DNA from: Parcubacteria group bacterium
GTDB taxonomy: Bacteria; Patescibacteriota; Minisyncoccia; Phycocordibacterales; Phycocordibacteraceae
Reading direction: 5' to 3'
NCBI GenBank assembly: GCA_028286605.1
Contig: JAQBRE010000002.1
Span: forward strand, 262,011 to 326,010
DNA: 64,000 bases
Shown: positions 26,708 through 36,479 of the stretch, piece by piece
How the letters are laid out: every line of letters starts with the position of its first letter
Numbering within the stretch: position 1 is the first letter of the stretch
Made by a program: the position numbers and the translations under genes
Notes under the pieces: model-generated
The model's input: only the letters and a program-made list of their open reading frames with translations
Databases searched by the model: none
Told to the model about the DNA's origin: nothing

Positions 26708-27307
26708 ATGCATCTATTCAGTCTTTCGCTTCCGATCATCCTTTCGACATTCGGCATCATATTCATTTCGGAACTTCCCGATAAGACCGCACTCGCTTCG
26801 CTTGTGCTCGCCACGCGATATAAAGCGCATGAAGTGATAACCGGCGCATGGCTCGCGATGCTCGTGCAGACCATAGTTGCCGTTACGGCAGGAGGCTTGC
26901 TCGCGTTCCTTCCTGCACGGCCCGTGCATATCGTGGCGGGAATCGGCTTCTTCATATTTTCGTACTTGGCGTTCACTCGTAAGGAAGAAGTCGACCTCGT
27001 GAAGGAAGAGGATAAGGTGCATGCAGAAACACATCGCCCGGCATGGGTGGCGAGCCTTCTTGTAGTGTTCGCTGCAGAGTGGGGAGATCTTTCCCAGCTT
27101 GCCACCGCAGGTCTCGCCGCACATACGGCATCACCGCTTTCCGTGGGTATCGGTGCTGTGCTCGGGCTGTGGGCAGTTATCGCGATTGCCGCGCTCGTGG
27201 GCGGCCAGCTTAATAAGGTTCTCACTCCAAAGCGCCTTAACATCCTCAGCGGAACGCTCTTCGCGCTCGTTGGCGCGTTCATGTTCTTCTCTGCGTTGAC
27301 AGCGTAA
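26708..27307 (+). CDS. GDT1/TMEM165 (UPF0016) family cation/H+ antiporter-like membrane protein
   Basis: Two E-x-G-D-(K/R)-(T/S) type motifs: ELPDKT and EWGDLSQ. Confidence 0.75.
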   Translation: MHLFSLSLPIILSTFGIIFISELPDKTALASLVLATRYKAHEVITGAWLAMLVQTIVAVTAGGLLAFLPARPVHIVAGIGFFIFSYLAFTRKEEVDLVKEEDKVHAETHRPAWVASLLVVFAAEWGDLSQLATAGLAAHTASPLSVGIGAVLGLWAVIAIAALVGGQLNKVLTPKRLNILSGTLFALVGAFMFFSALTA

Positions 27308-27376
27308 GTCGGGAGGATTATTATAATCAACGACAACTCCTTCATTCATTTGGCTTAAAATCCAAGCGAGGGTAGA

Positions 27377-27410
27377 ACAGACAACCGGCCGAAAGGCCGG
27401 TTGTCTGTTT
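27377..27410. terminator. Intrinsic terminator
   Basis: ACAGACAACCGGCC-GAAA-GGCCGGTTGTCTGTTT. Confidence 0.75.
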
Positions 27411-27550
27411 ATATAAACTCAGGAAAACTTTATTTTCTCTTTAAGACTCCTTGAACACCTATTTCATATACTCAAGCTTCGCCGGTGGCTTGGAGCGAGG
27501 AAGGAGTTGTCATTCTACTCTCGAGAGTCCGATTCTCTCCACCGGCTTAG

Positions 27551-28339
27551 TTGGTATACTTCCTGTACATGGAAATAGATCGTCACAAGAATCAATTCGG
27601 CAATCAGGCAGAGAACTATACGAAATATCGTAGGCCATACGATATAGACGTACATGATCTGTTTTCTTCGCTACTTTCGAAAAGCGCTACAAAGATTCTA
27701 GATATTGCTTGTGGTACAGGGAAGTCTACAGAACCTCTCGTAAAGAATGGGCTTGAAGTCTTCGGAGTCGATATCGACCCATTAATGATTGAAGAGGCAA
27801 AGAAACAGGCAGAACTAAAGAATCTGACGATTCAATACTCGGTTGCAGAAGTTGAGCATCTTCCGTTCGAAGATGACTACTTCGATGCGATAACTGTCGG
27901 AACCGCATTCCATTGGTTTGTTAATAAAACAGCTATGGATGAAATAAAACGCATTCTGAAGAAAGATGGATTGTTCTTTGTATTTTGGACTCTCACAACC
28001 AAAGATGTGCCGGAAGAAGATTCGATCCCGTCTGAGATATTCAAATCATTTAACTGGGAGAAAGTTCCCGTTGAGCTACGAAATCTCGAACACATTTCTG
28101 AGTTTCTAAAACAGAATGAGTTGGAGAATGTTTCCACGGCTCGTTTACCATTCACGCATAACGATACGGTCGAAGACCAGGTCGGCTTGATGAAAACGGC
28201 TTCAAGCTACGAAGTGCTTTCAGAAGAAGATAAAGTCCGCTTCATAGATGCGATTCGAGCTGCTCTCACGAAGAACCTTGGTACTCGCGAGTACTTCACC
28301 TATGAGGAAGAGATACAGGTTTGCTACGGATTCAAATAA
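27551..28339 (+). CDS. Class I SAM-dependent methyltransferase
   Basis: Motif I LDIACGTGKST; 262 aa. Confidence 0.75.
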   Translation: MVYFLYMEIDRHKNQFGNQAENYTKYRRPYDIDVHDLFSSLLSKSATKILDIACGTGKSTEPLVKNGLEVFGVDIDPLMIEEAKKQAELKNLTIQYSVAEVEHLPFEDDYFDAITVGTAFHWFVNKTAMDEIKRILKKDGLFFVFWTLTTKDVPEEDSIPSEIFKSFNWEKVPVELRNLEHISEFLKQNELENVSTARLPFTHNDTVEDQVGLMKTASSYEVLSEEDKVRFIDAIRAALTKNLGTREYFTYEEEIQVCYGFK

Positions 28340-28341
28340 CT

Positions 28342-28794
28342 ATGTTTACTCTACGACAAGCGACACCAGAAGACTTAGATTTTCTATTCAAAGTCTCAAC
28401 AGAAGCGATGAAGCCTGTCGCAGAGATGTCTGAAGCGCTTGAGGAAAAGAGTACGCAAGAACGGCTAGCTGAATATAAAGAAAAGTTCGTTCCTGAAGAA
28501 ATTGAAGTAATTCAGCATTATGGGGAAGATGTTGGAAGGCTCCGTGTCGTTCGGTCTGCTGATTCTATCTATATAGGAGGAATTCAGATCCTCCCTGAGT
28601 TCCAGAACAAAGGAATCGGAACCGCTCTGTTCACTGAACTCATTGAGGAATCAAAGCGGTCGAATCTCCCGATAGTTTTGGAAGTCCATGATGTAAATAC
28701 GCGAGCAATATCCTTCTATAAGAAACTTGGCTTCGAGGAAGGCGAGAAAGTGAAAGACCAGACGGTTATGAGATACCTCCCAAACCAAGCTTGA
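28342..28794 (+). CDS. GNAT family N-acetyltransferase
   Basis: QNKGIGTALFTELIEES acetyl-CoA motif; start at the Met right after the methyltransferase stop (track 28321). Confidence 0.7.
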   Translation: MFTLRQATPEDLDFLFKVSTEAMKPVAEMSEALEEKSTQERLAEYKEKFVPEEIEVIQHYGEDVGRLRVVRSADSIYIGGIQILPEFQNKGIGTALFTELIEESKRSNLPIVLEVHDVNTRAISFYKKLGFEEGEKVKDQTVMRYLPNQA

Positions 28795-28806
28795 TTTTGC
28801 TATAGT

Positions 28807-29682
28807 GTGCGCATCATGACGTACCAAGTGCTGCTTTTCTATAAATATGTGACCGTTGAAGATCCGAAGGCTCTGGCTAATCGGGTACGTGGCCTCGCAA
28901 CTAAGTACGACCTGCTTGGCCGTGCGCTTATCGCCGAAGAAGGAGTAAACGTAACGCTCGAAGGTGAGATCGACGCAACCGAAGCCTTCATTCAGGAATT
29001 CCTTGCAGACCCGCGCTTCGCAGGCATGCCCGTAAAGCGAAGCATCGGAGACGGTGCTGCATTCGGAAAGCTTGCCGTGAAGGTACGCGATCAGATCGTC
29101 GGTACCCGCTTCCCGAAAGAGAAAGCAGACCCGCGCGTGAAGACGGCGCCAGCAATCACCCCGGAAGAATTGAAGCGTTGGTTCGAGGAAGGGGAGGACT
29201 TCACTATCGTAGACATGCGTAACGACTATGAATTCAAGTCAGGGCACTTCAAAGGCTCGGTGAATCCGGAACTCGAGAACTCACGTGATCTTCCTGAAGC
29301 GCTTCCGAAGCTCGCACACCTGAAGAACAAGAAAGTCCTCACAGTATGCACCGGCGGCGTACGCTGCGAATCGATGAGCGCATACCTCATGAGTGAAGGA
29401 TTCGAAGACGTGTATCAGCTCGAGAACGGCATGCACGGCTACATGGAGAAATACCCTGGGCAGGATTTCCTTGGCACCTTATATACGTTCGATCGCCGCA
29501 AGGTCATGGATTTCGGCGGCGATCGTGAAGTGATCGGTCGCTGCATGCGCTGCGACGCACCGAGCGAAACCTACTTCAACTGCGCGAATGACCTCTGCCA
29601 TTTGCACTTCATCGCTTGCGAGAATTGCTCGAGCAGCGAAGGTACGTTCTGTTCGGATGCGTGCGTTCTTGTCGCGGCATAA
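28807..29682 (+). CDS. trhO: Rhodanese-domain tRNA U34 hydroxylase TrhO (YceA/UPF0176)
   Basis: N-terminus YQVLLFYKYVTVEDP; rhodanese active-site Cys in CTGGVRCE; C-terminal Cys cluster. Confidence 0.8.
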   Translation: MRIMTYQVLLFYKYVTVEDPKALANRVRGLATKYDLLGRALIAEEGVNVTLEGEIDATEAFIQEFLADPRFAGMPVKRSIGDGAAFGKLAVKVRDQIVGTRFPKEKADPRVKTAPAITPEELKRWFEEGEDFTIVDMRNDYEFKSGHFKGSVNPELENSRDLPEALPKLAHLKNKKVLTVCTGGVRCESMSAYLMSEGFEDVYQLENGMHGYMEKYPGQDFLGTLYTFDRRKVMDFGGDREVIGRCMRCDAPSETYFNCANDLCHLHFIACENCSSSEGTFCSDACVLVAA

Positions 29683-29740
29683 AGATTTCAAAATAAGCGC
29701 AAAGTCCATGATAGGATTTTCTTATAATCCTTGAATAGAC

Positions 29741-30184
29741 ATGAGCTACGACCTTACGATATACAAATCAAAATTAGGGCGCCCGGAAGCTGAAGAGGTC
29801 TTTCAAATGATGGATGCCGAGGAGCAAGCCATAGTACAAGGTACCTATTCAGAAATGGCCACAAGCATTCCGTGCAGCAGCATTCTGGAAAAAATGGAAC
29901 AGGAGTTTCCTATGAGCACTACTATCTCATCAGAAGATAAGATTGATATTAACCTTGCGTATGGCAGTCTGGGAAAAGATGCTGAGCAAATGTTCGTAAG
30001 GCTCAATGGGTATTTAAAACAGATGGCTGAGTGTGGTGGATATTATGTTTTTGATTCTCAGACTGGAGAAGCATTTGATCCGAAAGTAACTGATTTTGGA
30101 GGGACACGAATGTATTCGCACGGCACTAGGGTGCTTCACGACGTAGTACAGGGACACTCTCGATCTATAAAAAGTCGTATATAG
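29741..30184 (+). CDS. Hypothetical protein
   Basis: 147 aa ORF in a locally AT-richer stretch (judged by eye); no motif recognised. Confidence 0.4.
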   Translation: MSYDLTIYKSKLGRPEAEEVFQMMDAEEQAIVQGTYSEMATSIPCSSILEKMEQEFPMSTTISSEDKIDINLAYGSLGKDAEQMFVRLNGYLKQMAECGGYYVFDSQTGEAFDPKVTDFGGTRMYSHGTRVLHDVVQGHSRSIKSRI

Positions 30185-30206
30185 GTTTGTACTTGCTGTA
30201 GCTACT

Positions 30207-30413
30207 ATGATTTTACTATTGGCAATAGTATGTTTTGCACTTAGCATCATTTCCTTCATTGCATATAAAAATAATGGCGCTCTATCTTTAGTGCAAATCT
30301 CAGGCAGTCTAGTATTTTTGGGTATCATTGGTATCAGAGTAAGCAAGACCTTTAGGCAAATATTTATGTCCTCCTCACAAGACCTACCCGCAGCACTATT
30401 CTTTCGATCATAA
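30207..30413 (+). CDS. Small 2-TM membrane protein (hypothetical)
   Basis: 68 aa with two hydrophobic helices. Confidence 0.3.
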   Translation: MILLLAIVCFALSIISFIAYKNNGALSLVQISGSLVFLGIIGIRVSKTFRQIFMSSSQDLPAALFFRS

Positions 30414-30464
30414 TTGACCTTCATTCGCATTTCATATATACTTAGCTATGCTAACTATTAGCAT

Positions 30465-30926
30465 ATGGCTGCGAACAAGAAATCCACTAGGGGTGCGAAA
30501 GGAACAGGCTCCGATACGAGCACAGCAGAGATATTCTCGCTGATGTTCGAGATGGGCCGGCTTCTCAAGCACCAAGTTGCGGTAGATGGCTCCGGACCTT
30601 CAACGTACCTGCATCTGGAAACGCTTCGGTATATCCAGGAGGCAGGGAAGCCGGACATGCAGGCGGTCGCAGAATATCTGCGTGTTAAGTCGCCTTCGGC
30701 GACACGCCTGATAGGCGCACTCGTTACGGATGGCCTTCTTGCGCGCGTGCTGGATGCTGATGATCGTCGTCGTGTTCTGCTTACGCTTACGCCGAGCGGA
30801 AAGCGCATGCTGGATGTGGCGACGCAGACGCGCGCGAAAGCCTTCGCTCGTGTCATCGCGCCGCTTTCCGCCAAGGATCGCGCGGAGTTCGCCCGTTTGC
30901 TTACTATTATCACCAGACGCTCGTAG
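30465..30926 (+). CDS. MarR family transcriptional regulator
   Basis: Winged-helix core LHLETLRYIQEAGKPDMQAVAEYLRVKSPSATRLIGALVTDGLLAR. Confidence 0.8.
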   Translation: MAANKKSTRGAKGTGSDTSTAEIFSLMFEMGRLLKHQVAVDGSGPSTYLHLETLRYIQEAGKPDMQAVAEYLRVKSPSATRLIGALVTDGLLARVLDADDRRRVLLTLTPSGKRMLDVATQTRAKAFARVIAPLSAKDRAEFARLLTIITRRS

Positions 30927-30951
30927 TTTTCTTTCCCTTATACTTTCACCT

Positions 30952-32487
30952 ATGCCCGCTTCACTGAAACAACTTTTTAAACACAAGGCCGTCCTTATCG
31001 CTATCGGCGTCGTCGCTGCTATCGCCGTTGCCAGCCTTGCATACTATTTGATCGCTACGCATGTGCCGGGCTTCTCGTACGTGCAGGCGACGAACGGACC
31101 GATACATCAGGACATCGTTGCCACCGGCAGCGTTGAACCGGTGCAGAATCCAGACCTCTCTTTCATTGCAGGCGGTCGCGTGACGATGGTGAACGCAACG
31201 GTGGGGCAGCAGGTTTCGGCAGGAACCGTTATCGCGACGCTCGATACGGGCGTTCTTGGCGCACAGCTTCAAGCAGCGCAGGCAGCGCTCGCTTCCGTTG
31301 CGGCGCCCGCGCGTGCCGTTGACGTTGCAGGCGCGCAGAACACAGTCTCTGTGGCGCAGCAGAATCTTGCGAACAGCTTCACGACGTTTCCGACGACGCT
31401 CCTTTCAACCGTAACGAAGGCGCAGGCTGCCGTGAGCCAGACGGACCTCGTCTTCATGTACCCATCGCTTTCTTCGCCGCAGGTTAACTCTTCCTACGTG
31501 AGTGACTATACGGCACGCACGAATATAAATAATGAGCGCGGCATGCTTAATGGCGAGCTCACGGTATGGGAAAACGAGACGGCATCTATAAATGGCGCAA
31601 CCATTACTACTGCGAATGCTGCAACATATACGCAGGAGGCGATCACGCATCTTTCGCACGTTCGTACCTACCTGAACGATCTCGCGGCAGCGATTCGCGT
31701 GACGCCGGCAACACAGCAGACTACTCAGACGCAGCTCAATGCAGCCCTTACGGCCGCAACCAGCGCGCGCGATAGCATCGATGCGCTTACGCTCTCGCTG
31801 CAGAACACGCAGCAGTCCTTCGCGACCAACCAGCTTGCCGTACAGGCAGCGCAGGATGCGCTGAATCAGAAGAATGCCGGTGCAACGCCACAGGCCATCG
31901 CCGTACAGCAGGCACAGGTTGCTGCAGCTGCTGCGCAGCTGCGCCAGGCTGAAATCATCGCGCCATTCTCGGGCGTGGTCGGAGCCGTAGCCGTGAAGCC
32001 AGGTGACGTAGTTCCTGCGAATACGGTTGCTGTATCGCTCATTCCTTCCGGCAGCTATCAAGTTGAGGCGCAGCTTTCGGAACTCGAGATGTCTAAACTC
32101 GCGACGGGGGATACGGTGGATGTGACGCTCGACGCCTACGGCGCCTCGCGTCCCTTCACCGGAACCGTCGCATCGATAGCGACCGCACCGGTCGCGGTGA
32201 ACAATATCCCTTCGTACAAGGTCGTGGTCGTACTCGATACGAAAGATCCTGCCGTAACAGTAGGCATGCACGCGAACCTCACCATTCATGCGGGAAGCAA
32301 GACGAGCGCGCTGGTGATACCGAAGAGCGCAGTGATTACGAGCGGTAATCAGTCGTTCGTTATCAAGAAGGAAGGAAATGGAAGTGCACGCGTACCGGTA
32401 ACGCTTGGCCTTGAAGGCATCGATACGGTGGAGGTGGTTTCCGGTCTTTCCGCAGGCGACAGCGTCGCGCGCATCGGCGGTCAATAA
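30952..32487 (+). CDS. HlyD/EmrA-family membrane fusion protein
   Basis: N-terminal TM, long Ala/Gln-rich coiled coil and a C-terminal beta-barrel domain; start at ATG 30952 (the track ORF 30730 overlaps marR). Confidence 0.75.
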   Translation: MPASLKQLFKHKAVLIAIGVVAAIAVASLAYYLIATHVPGFSYVQATNGPIHQDIVATGSVEPVQNPDLSFIAGGRVTMVNATVGQQVSAGTVIATLDTGVLGAQLQAAQAALASVAAPARAVDVAGAQNTVSVAQQNLANSFTTFPTTLLSTVTKAQAAVSQTDLVFMYPSLSSPQVNSSYVSDYTARTNINNERGMLNGELTVWENETASINGATITTANAATYTQEAITHLSHVRTYLNDLAAAIRVTPATQQTTQTQLNAALTAATSARDSIDALTLSLQNTQQSFATNQLAVQAAQDALNQKNAGATPQAIAVQQAQVAAAAAQLRQAEIIAPFSGVVGAVAVKPGDVVPANTVAVSLIPSGSYQVEAQLSELEMSKLATGDTVDVTLDAYGASRPFTGTVASIATAPVAVNNIPSYKVVVVLDTKDPAVTVGMHANLTIHAGSKTSALVIPKSAVITSGNQSFVIKKEGNGSARVPVTLGLEGIDTVEVVSGLSAGDSVARIGGQ

Positions 32488-32508
32488 TTTTACGAGCATT
32501 ACATCTAT

Positions 32509-33183
32509 ATGGACGAAGATACCCAGAACAATACGCCAGAAGAAGTGAAGGAAGAGGCTGCGAAGCCCGTGGCTTCGCGCGCGCCGCTCATGATAGCTGC
32601 AGCGATCGTGCTTATCGTCGGCGGTGCTATCGGCGCACTCGCATACCTTGGCGTATCGAGTCAGCGCGTCAGCATCGATACCTCGCAGATTCAAGCACCC
32701 GAGATACAGCTCGCACCGACCACGCCGGGTGTACTCAAACAGATGTACGTACAGGCAGGGGATACGATTCCTGCTAACACTGTTGTTGCGCAGGTGGGTA
32801 CGGAACTCATCAAGAGCACTTCAGCTGGGCTTGTCATCAGTACGAGCGATCAGGTCGGCGCTATCGTTTCAGCAGCCTCGCCGGTAGCTACTATGATTGA
32901 TCCGACGGCGCTTCGCGTCGTCGGCCAGATTGACGAGAACAAAGGTCTCTCTCGCGTTGCTGTCGGCGATCGCGCTGAGTTCACGGTCGATGCATTCGGA
33001 AGCCAGAAGTTCGAGGGCGTCGTTGACGAAGTGAGCCCGACCTCGCACGCGGCAGACGTCGTTTTCTCTATCTCAGACAAGCGTCAGGTGCAGACTTTCG
33101 ATGTGAAAGTCGCCTACGATCAGACGCAGTATCCGCAGCTGAAGAACGGCATGAGCGCACGTATCTCGGTGTTCACGAAATAA
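32509..33183 (+). CDS. Second, short HlyD-like membrane fusion protein
   Basis: 224 aa; N-terminal TM then biotinyl/lipoyl-like and beta-barrel segments (QAGDTIPANTVVAQVG...). Confidence 0.55.
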   Translation: MDEDTQNNTPEEVKEEAAKPVASRAPLMIAAAIVLIVGGAIGALAYLGVSSQRVSIDTSQIQAPEIQLAPTTPGVLKQMYVQAGDTIPANTVVAQVGTELIKSTSAGLVISTSDQVGAIVSAASPVATMIDPTALRVVGQIDENKGLSRVAVGDRAEFTVDAFGSQKFEGVVDEVSPTSHAADVVFSISDKRQVQTFDVKVAYDQTQYPQLKNGMSARISVFTK

Positions 33184-33190
33184 CCCCCTT

Positions 33191-34723
33191 ATGGCAACCG
33201 CTGCAGCATCAACCATACCTGTGGCAGCGAAGAAAGAACGCTCCGCAGATTCACTGAAGTGGCTCATCTTGCTTACAGTGATCATCGGTACGTTCCTGGG
33301 CCGCATGGACCAGACGATCGTGAACCTCGCATTGCCGAAGATCATCAATGACTTCGGCATCAGCGTCTCTGCAGCCGGCTGGATCGGTACCGCGTACATC
33401 CTTGCGAACGCGGTCTTCGTTCCTATCTGGGGAAAGCTCGGCGACACGATAGGCCGCAAGAAGGTGTATATCATCGGTTTCGTCGTATTCATTATCGGTT
33501 CGATACTCGCGGGTCTTTCGTGGAATCTTCCGTCGCTCATAACATTCCGTATCATCCAGGCTATCGCGGGTTCTGCAGACTATCCGACGGCTATGGCCAT
33601 CCTAACCGTTACGTTCCCGGACCAGAAAAGTCGCGGGCAGGCGCTCGGCATATGGAGCAGCGTGTTCGGCGCGAGTGCGGTGCTTGGTCCGCTCATCGGC
33701 GGCCCGCTTATCGATACGTTCGGCTGGCGTTCCGTCTTTCTCATAAATCTTCCTATCGGTATCATCGGTCTTTTCATGGCACTCACGTTCATCAGCGAAT
33801 CGAAGCTGCCAGAGAAAGTCCGTAAGTTCGACTGGTGGGGCGCTATTACGCTTGGCATTACGCTCGGCGCGCTGGTGCTCGTGTTGGATCAAGGTGCGAC
33901 CTGGGGTTGGCTCTCGCTCGCGTCCGTCGCTTCGTACCTCACGGTGCTTGCTGCAGGCGTCATGTTCTATTTCATCGAGAAGTACCATTCAGAACCGATC
34001 GTGGATCTGAAGTTCTTCAGCAATCCTGTGTTCGTGAATACGCTCGCGAATAATTTCGTGGTCTTTATGGCGATGATGGGTTCTATATTCCTCGTGCCGA
34101 TTTTCGCGCAAACGTTTCTTGGGTATAGCGCAACGGAATCAGGCTATCTCTTCATACCGATGGCGGTGGGGCTCATGGCTGCGGCACCATTCGGCGCGAT
34201 GCTGATAGGGCGAGTGAAGCCAGGCATCGTCATCGGTACCTCTACCTTGGTGGCAGCAATCGGTATCGGCTTATTCTCGCTTATTGATGCGCGCTCCACT
34301 GCGTGGGATCTTGCCATTCCGCTTTTCGTTATGGCCGTGGGCATGGGCTTCGGCATGGCGCAGCGCACGAATGCTATCGCCGGCGCCGTGCCGCCTTCTG
34401 AAATCGGTGCCGCCTCGAGCGTGCTCGCGCTCGCCCGCAACATTGCCGGCGCCTTCGGCATCGCGCTGTTCGGCACGCTCCTTAATTGGGCGATTGAACG
34501 CAACATCCTGAAGATCGATTCGCTGAGCCAGGTGTTCACGCACACTCCTGCGGTTATGACCCAGTTCACGGGCCTCATAATACTGAAGGCGCAGATAGAT
34601 GCCTACGCGCTTATTTACGAGCTCGCTGCGGCCCTTCTGTTGGTTGGAGCGCTCGCCGCATTCTTCATTACGGTACCGGATCGCCAGATGACGCACGAAC
34701 AGCGCGCGATGGCTGAGACGTAG
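33191..34723 (+). CDS. MFS drug:H+ antiporter (DHA2/EmrB-QacA family, 14 TM)
   Basis: Motif A GKLGDTIGRKK; 14 predicted TM helices; located downstream of the MFP genes. Confidence 0.85.
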   Translation: MATAAASTIPVAAKKERSADSLKWLILLTVIIGTFLGRMDQTIVNLALPKIINDFGISVSAAGWIGTAYILANAVFVPIWGKLGDTIGRKKVYIIGFVVFIIGSILAGLSWNLPSLITFRIIQAIAGSADYPTAMAILTVTFPDQKSRGQALGIWSSVFGASAVLGPLIGGPLIDTFGWRSVFLINLPIGIIGLFMALTFISESKLPEKVRKFDWWGAITLGITLGALVLVLDQGATWGWLSLASVASYLTVLAAGVMFYFIEKYHSEPIVDLKFFSNPVFVNTLANNFVVFMAMMGSIFLVPIFAQTFLGYSATESGYLFIPMAVGLMAAAPFGAMLIGRVKPGIVIGTSTLVAAIGIGLFSLIDARSTAWDLAIPLFVMAVGMGFGMAQRTNAIAGAVPPSEIGAASSVLALARNIAGAFGIALFGTLLNWAIERNILKIDSLSQVFTHTPAVMTQFTGLIILKAQIDAYALIYELAAALLLVGALAAFFITVPDRQMTHEQRAMAET

Positions 34724-34819
34724 AAGGGTTCGGGCAGGTGTAAATTGACTTTTATAATTACTGTGCAATTATAGTTAATAGATTATCATCAATTCTCCTG
34801 ATCGGAAGGATCAATAGAA

Positions 34820-35137
34820 ATGGAAATGCTGGAGTTGAAAGACAGTTCCTCAGAACCGAAGCCCATCGTCCTGGCCGTCATGATGTCCACTCAAATGCTC
34901 TGGGAGAGTGGCATCACTGGCATGTGTCATGTCGTTGAACTGGTGAATCGTTGTCACGATTCACACTGCGCCATCGATTCCTCGAGCGAGGAGAGGCTCA
35001 AAGAACTTGAGCTGCTCCAGAAAGATGGAAGCGTTCACTCGAGCGTTCGGGCGATAATGCTCTCGGCCGCCATCGGTAAGGGGGTCCATATGAAGTTCGG
35101 ATCTCCGCTTAAACCCGGCGAGACAGATATCAAGTAA
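34820..35137 (+). CDS. Hypothetical protein
   Basis: 105 aa ORF; weak support. Confidence 0.3.
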   Translation: MEMLELKDSSSEPKPIVLAVMMSTQMLWESGITGMCHVVELVNRCHDSHCAIDSSSEERLKELELLQKDGSVHSSVRAIMLSAAIGKGVHMKFGSPLKPGETDIK

Positions 35138-35239
35138 ACAAGGCGCCCCACACAGTAATTGTGAGGGGCGCTGACTGTTTATCTCTGTTCGGAATCGTCT
35201 CAGATAGTCAGCAACACAAGAGGTGTATATTTAAACAAT

Positions 35240-35587
35240 ATGGAAGTGCCAAATATTCGAATAACCCCAGATGTATCCCAAAAATACATTTTAGTCTCAG
35301 TTGCTGGTACTGGAGGAAAGACACTGTTTCTGTGGGGCAACCCGAATGCTGAGTGGCATAAGGATATCGTTGAAGAAATCTCAGAATCAGGTTTAGAAAT
35401 AGTGAGTGTTGATGGTGGGGGTCGAGTATTACTTCAATCGAAGGACAAGATGATTTATTTCTGGGGCAAGAGCGATCGATTTGGAAATGCAGATGCCGGA
35501 ATCATTCAAGGACTCCTTGAAGTGGAGTATCCAGGATACGAGGTATTTGCGGGTCAAGACCCAGAGACGAACGCAATGAAAATATGA
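35240..35587 (+). CDS. Hypothetical soluble protein, partner of the HExxH membrane protein
   Basis: 115 aa; ATGA overlap with the next gene. Confidence 0.45.
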   Translation: MEVPNIRITPDVSQKYILVSVAGTGGKTLFLWGNPNAEWHKDIVEEISESGLEIVSVDGGGRVLLQSKDKMIYFWGKSDRFGNADAGIIQGLLEVEYPGYEVFAGQDPETNAMKI

Positions 35588-36111
35588 GTCAGCAGACTAA
35601 GAAAATACTTAGAATAGTATTCGCACTGCTTGCTTCTGCATACTTCTTCTACTACGCGCAAAGCACGGGGAGTTGGCACTTCCTCGACAATGTGAACCTC
35701 ATCATTCATGAGGCCGGGCACGTCGTGTTCTCGCCATTCGGCCGGTTCATCTACATCCTGGGCGGCTCGCTATTCCAGACGCTGGTGCCGATCGTCTTCA
35801 GCGTCTATTTTTTCGTATGGCGCCGTGATTATTATTCTGGTTCGCTGCTGTTGTTCTGGGTTGGGCAGAATCTTATAAACGTTTCTGTATACGCTGGTGA
35901 TGCGGTCGTGATGCAGCTTCCGCTCTTGGGCGGCGATTCATCCACGCACGATTGGCATGCGATCCTTTCGACGCTTAATGCGCTGCAGTACACGCATGCG
36001 GTTGCGACTGCGATATATACGACAGGATTCCTAACGATATGCGCAGGTACCGCTCTATCTCTTTACTTCGCTTTCTATACAACGCCAGAACGAATACACG
36101 CACGATTCTAA
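35584..36111 (+). CDS. Membrane protein with HExxH motif (putative zincin-like membrane peptidase, DUF3267-like)
   Basis: HEAGH in the first cytoplasmic/TM boundary (LIIHEAGHVVF); 5 TM helices. Confidence 0.5.
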   Translation: MSQQTKKILRIVFALLASAYFFYYAQSTGSWHFLDNVNLIIHEAGHVVFSPFGRFIYILGGSLFQTLVPIVFSVYFFVWRRDYYSGSLLLFWVGQNLINVSVYAGDAVVMQLPLLGGDSSTHDWHAILSTLNALQYTHAVATAIYTTGFLTICAGTALSLYFAFYTTPERIHARF

Positions 36112-36114
36112 ACT

Positions 36115-36363
36115 ATGGCGCAGTATTACGTATACATTCTTGAATGCGCAGACGGCACCTTATACGTGGGAAGCACGAATGATATTCAGAAACGCTTACG
36201 GGCCCATAACGGGGAACTGCCAGGCGGGGCGCGGTACACAAGCGGTCGCCGGCCAGTGACGCTCCGCTATAGCGAAGCGTGTACAGATCGGAGTGCCGCA
36301 CTAAAGCGCGAGCATGTAGTTAAGAATTTAAGTAGAAGCGAAAAGTTAAAGATACATAATTGA
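36115..36363 (+). CDS. GIY-YIG nuclease family protein (YhbQ/UPF0213-like)
   Basis: YYVYILECADGTLYVGSTNDIQKRLRAHN is a GIY-YIG motif. Confidence 0.7.
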   Translation: MAQYYVYILECADGTLYVGSTNDIQKRLRAHNGELPGGARYTSGRRPVTLRYSEACTDRSAALKREHVVKNLSRSEKLKIHN

Positions 36364-36446
36364 CTCCTCATGCGTCAGGAGTATACTTGTGCTATGTCCG
36401 TGGGGCATCGGCCCCTTATCCAACATTGTAGTTGATGTCGGACACC

Positions 36447-36479
36447 AAAATCTCCCGAGAAATCGGGAGATTTTGTTTT
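36447..36479. terminator. Bidirectional intrinsic terminator
   Basis: AAAATCTCCCGA-GAAA-TCGGGAGATTTT. Confidence 0.75.

Noticed and set aside
30730-30951. Upstream extension of the MFP ORF overlapping marR
   Set aside because: It overlaps the well-supported MarR gene out of frame. The Met at 30952 precedes the TM anchor.
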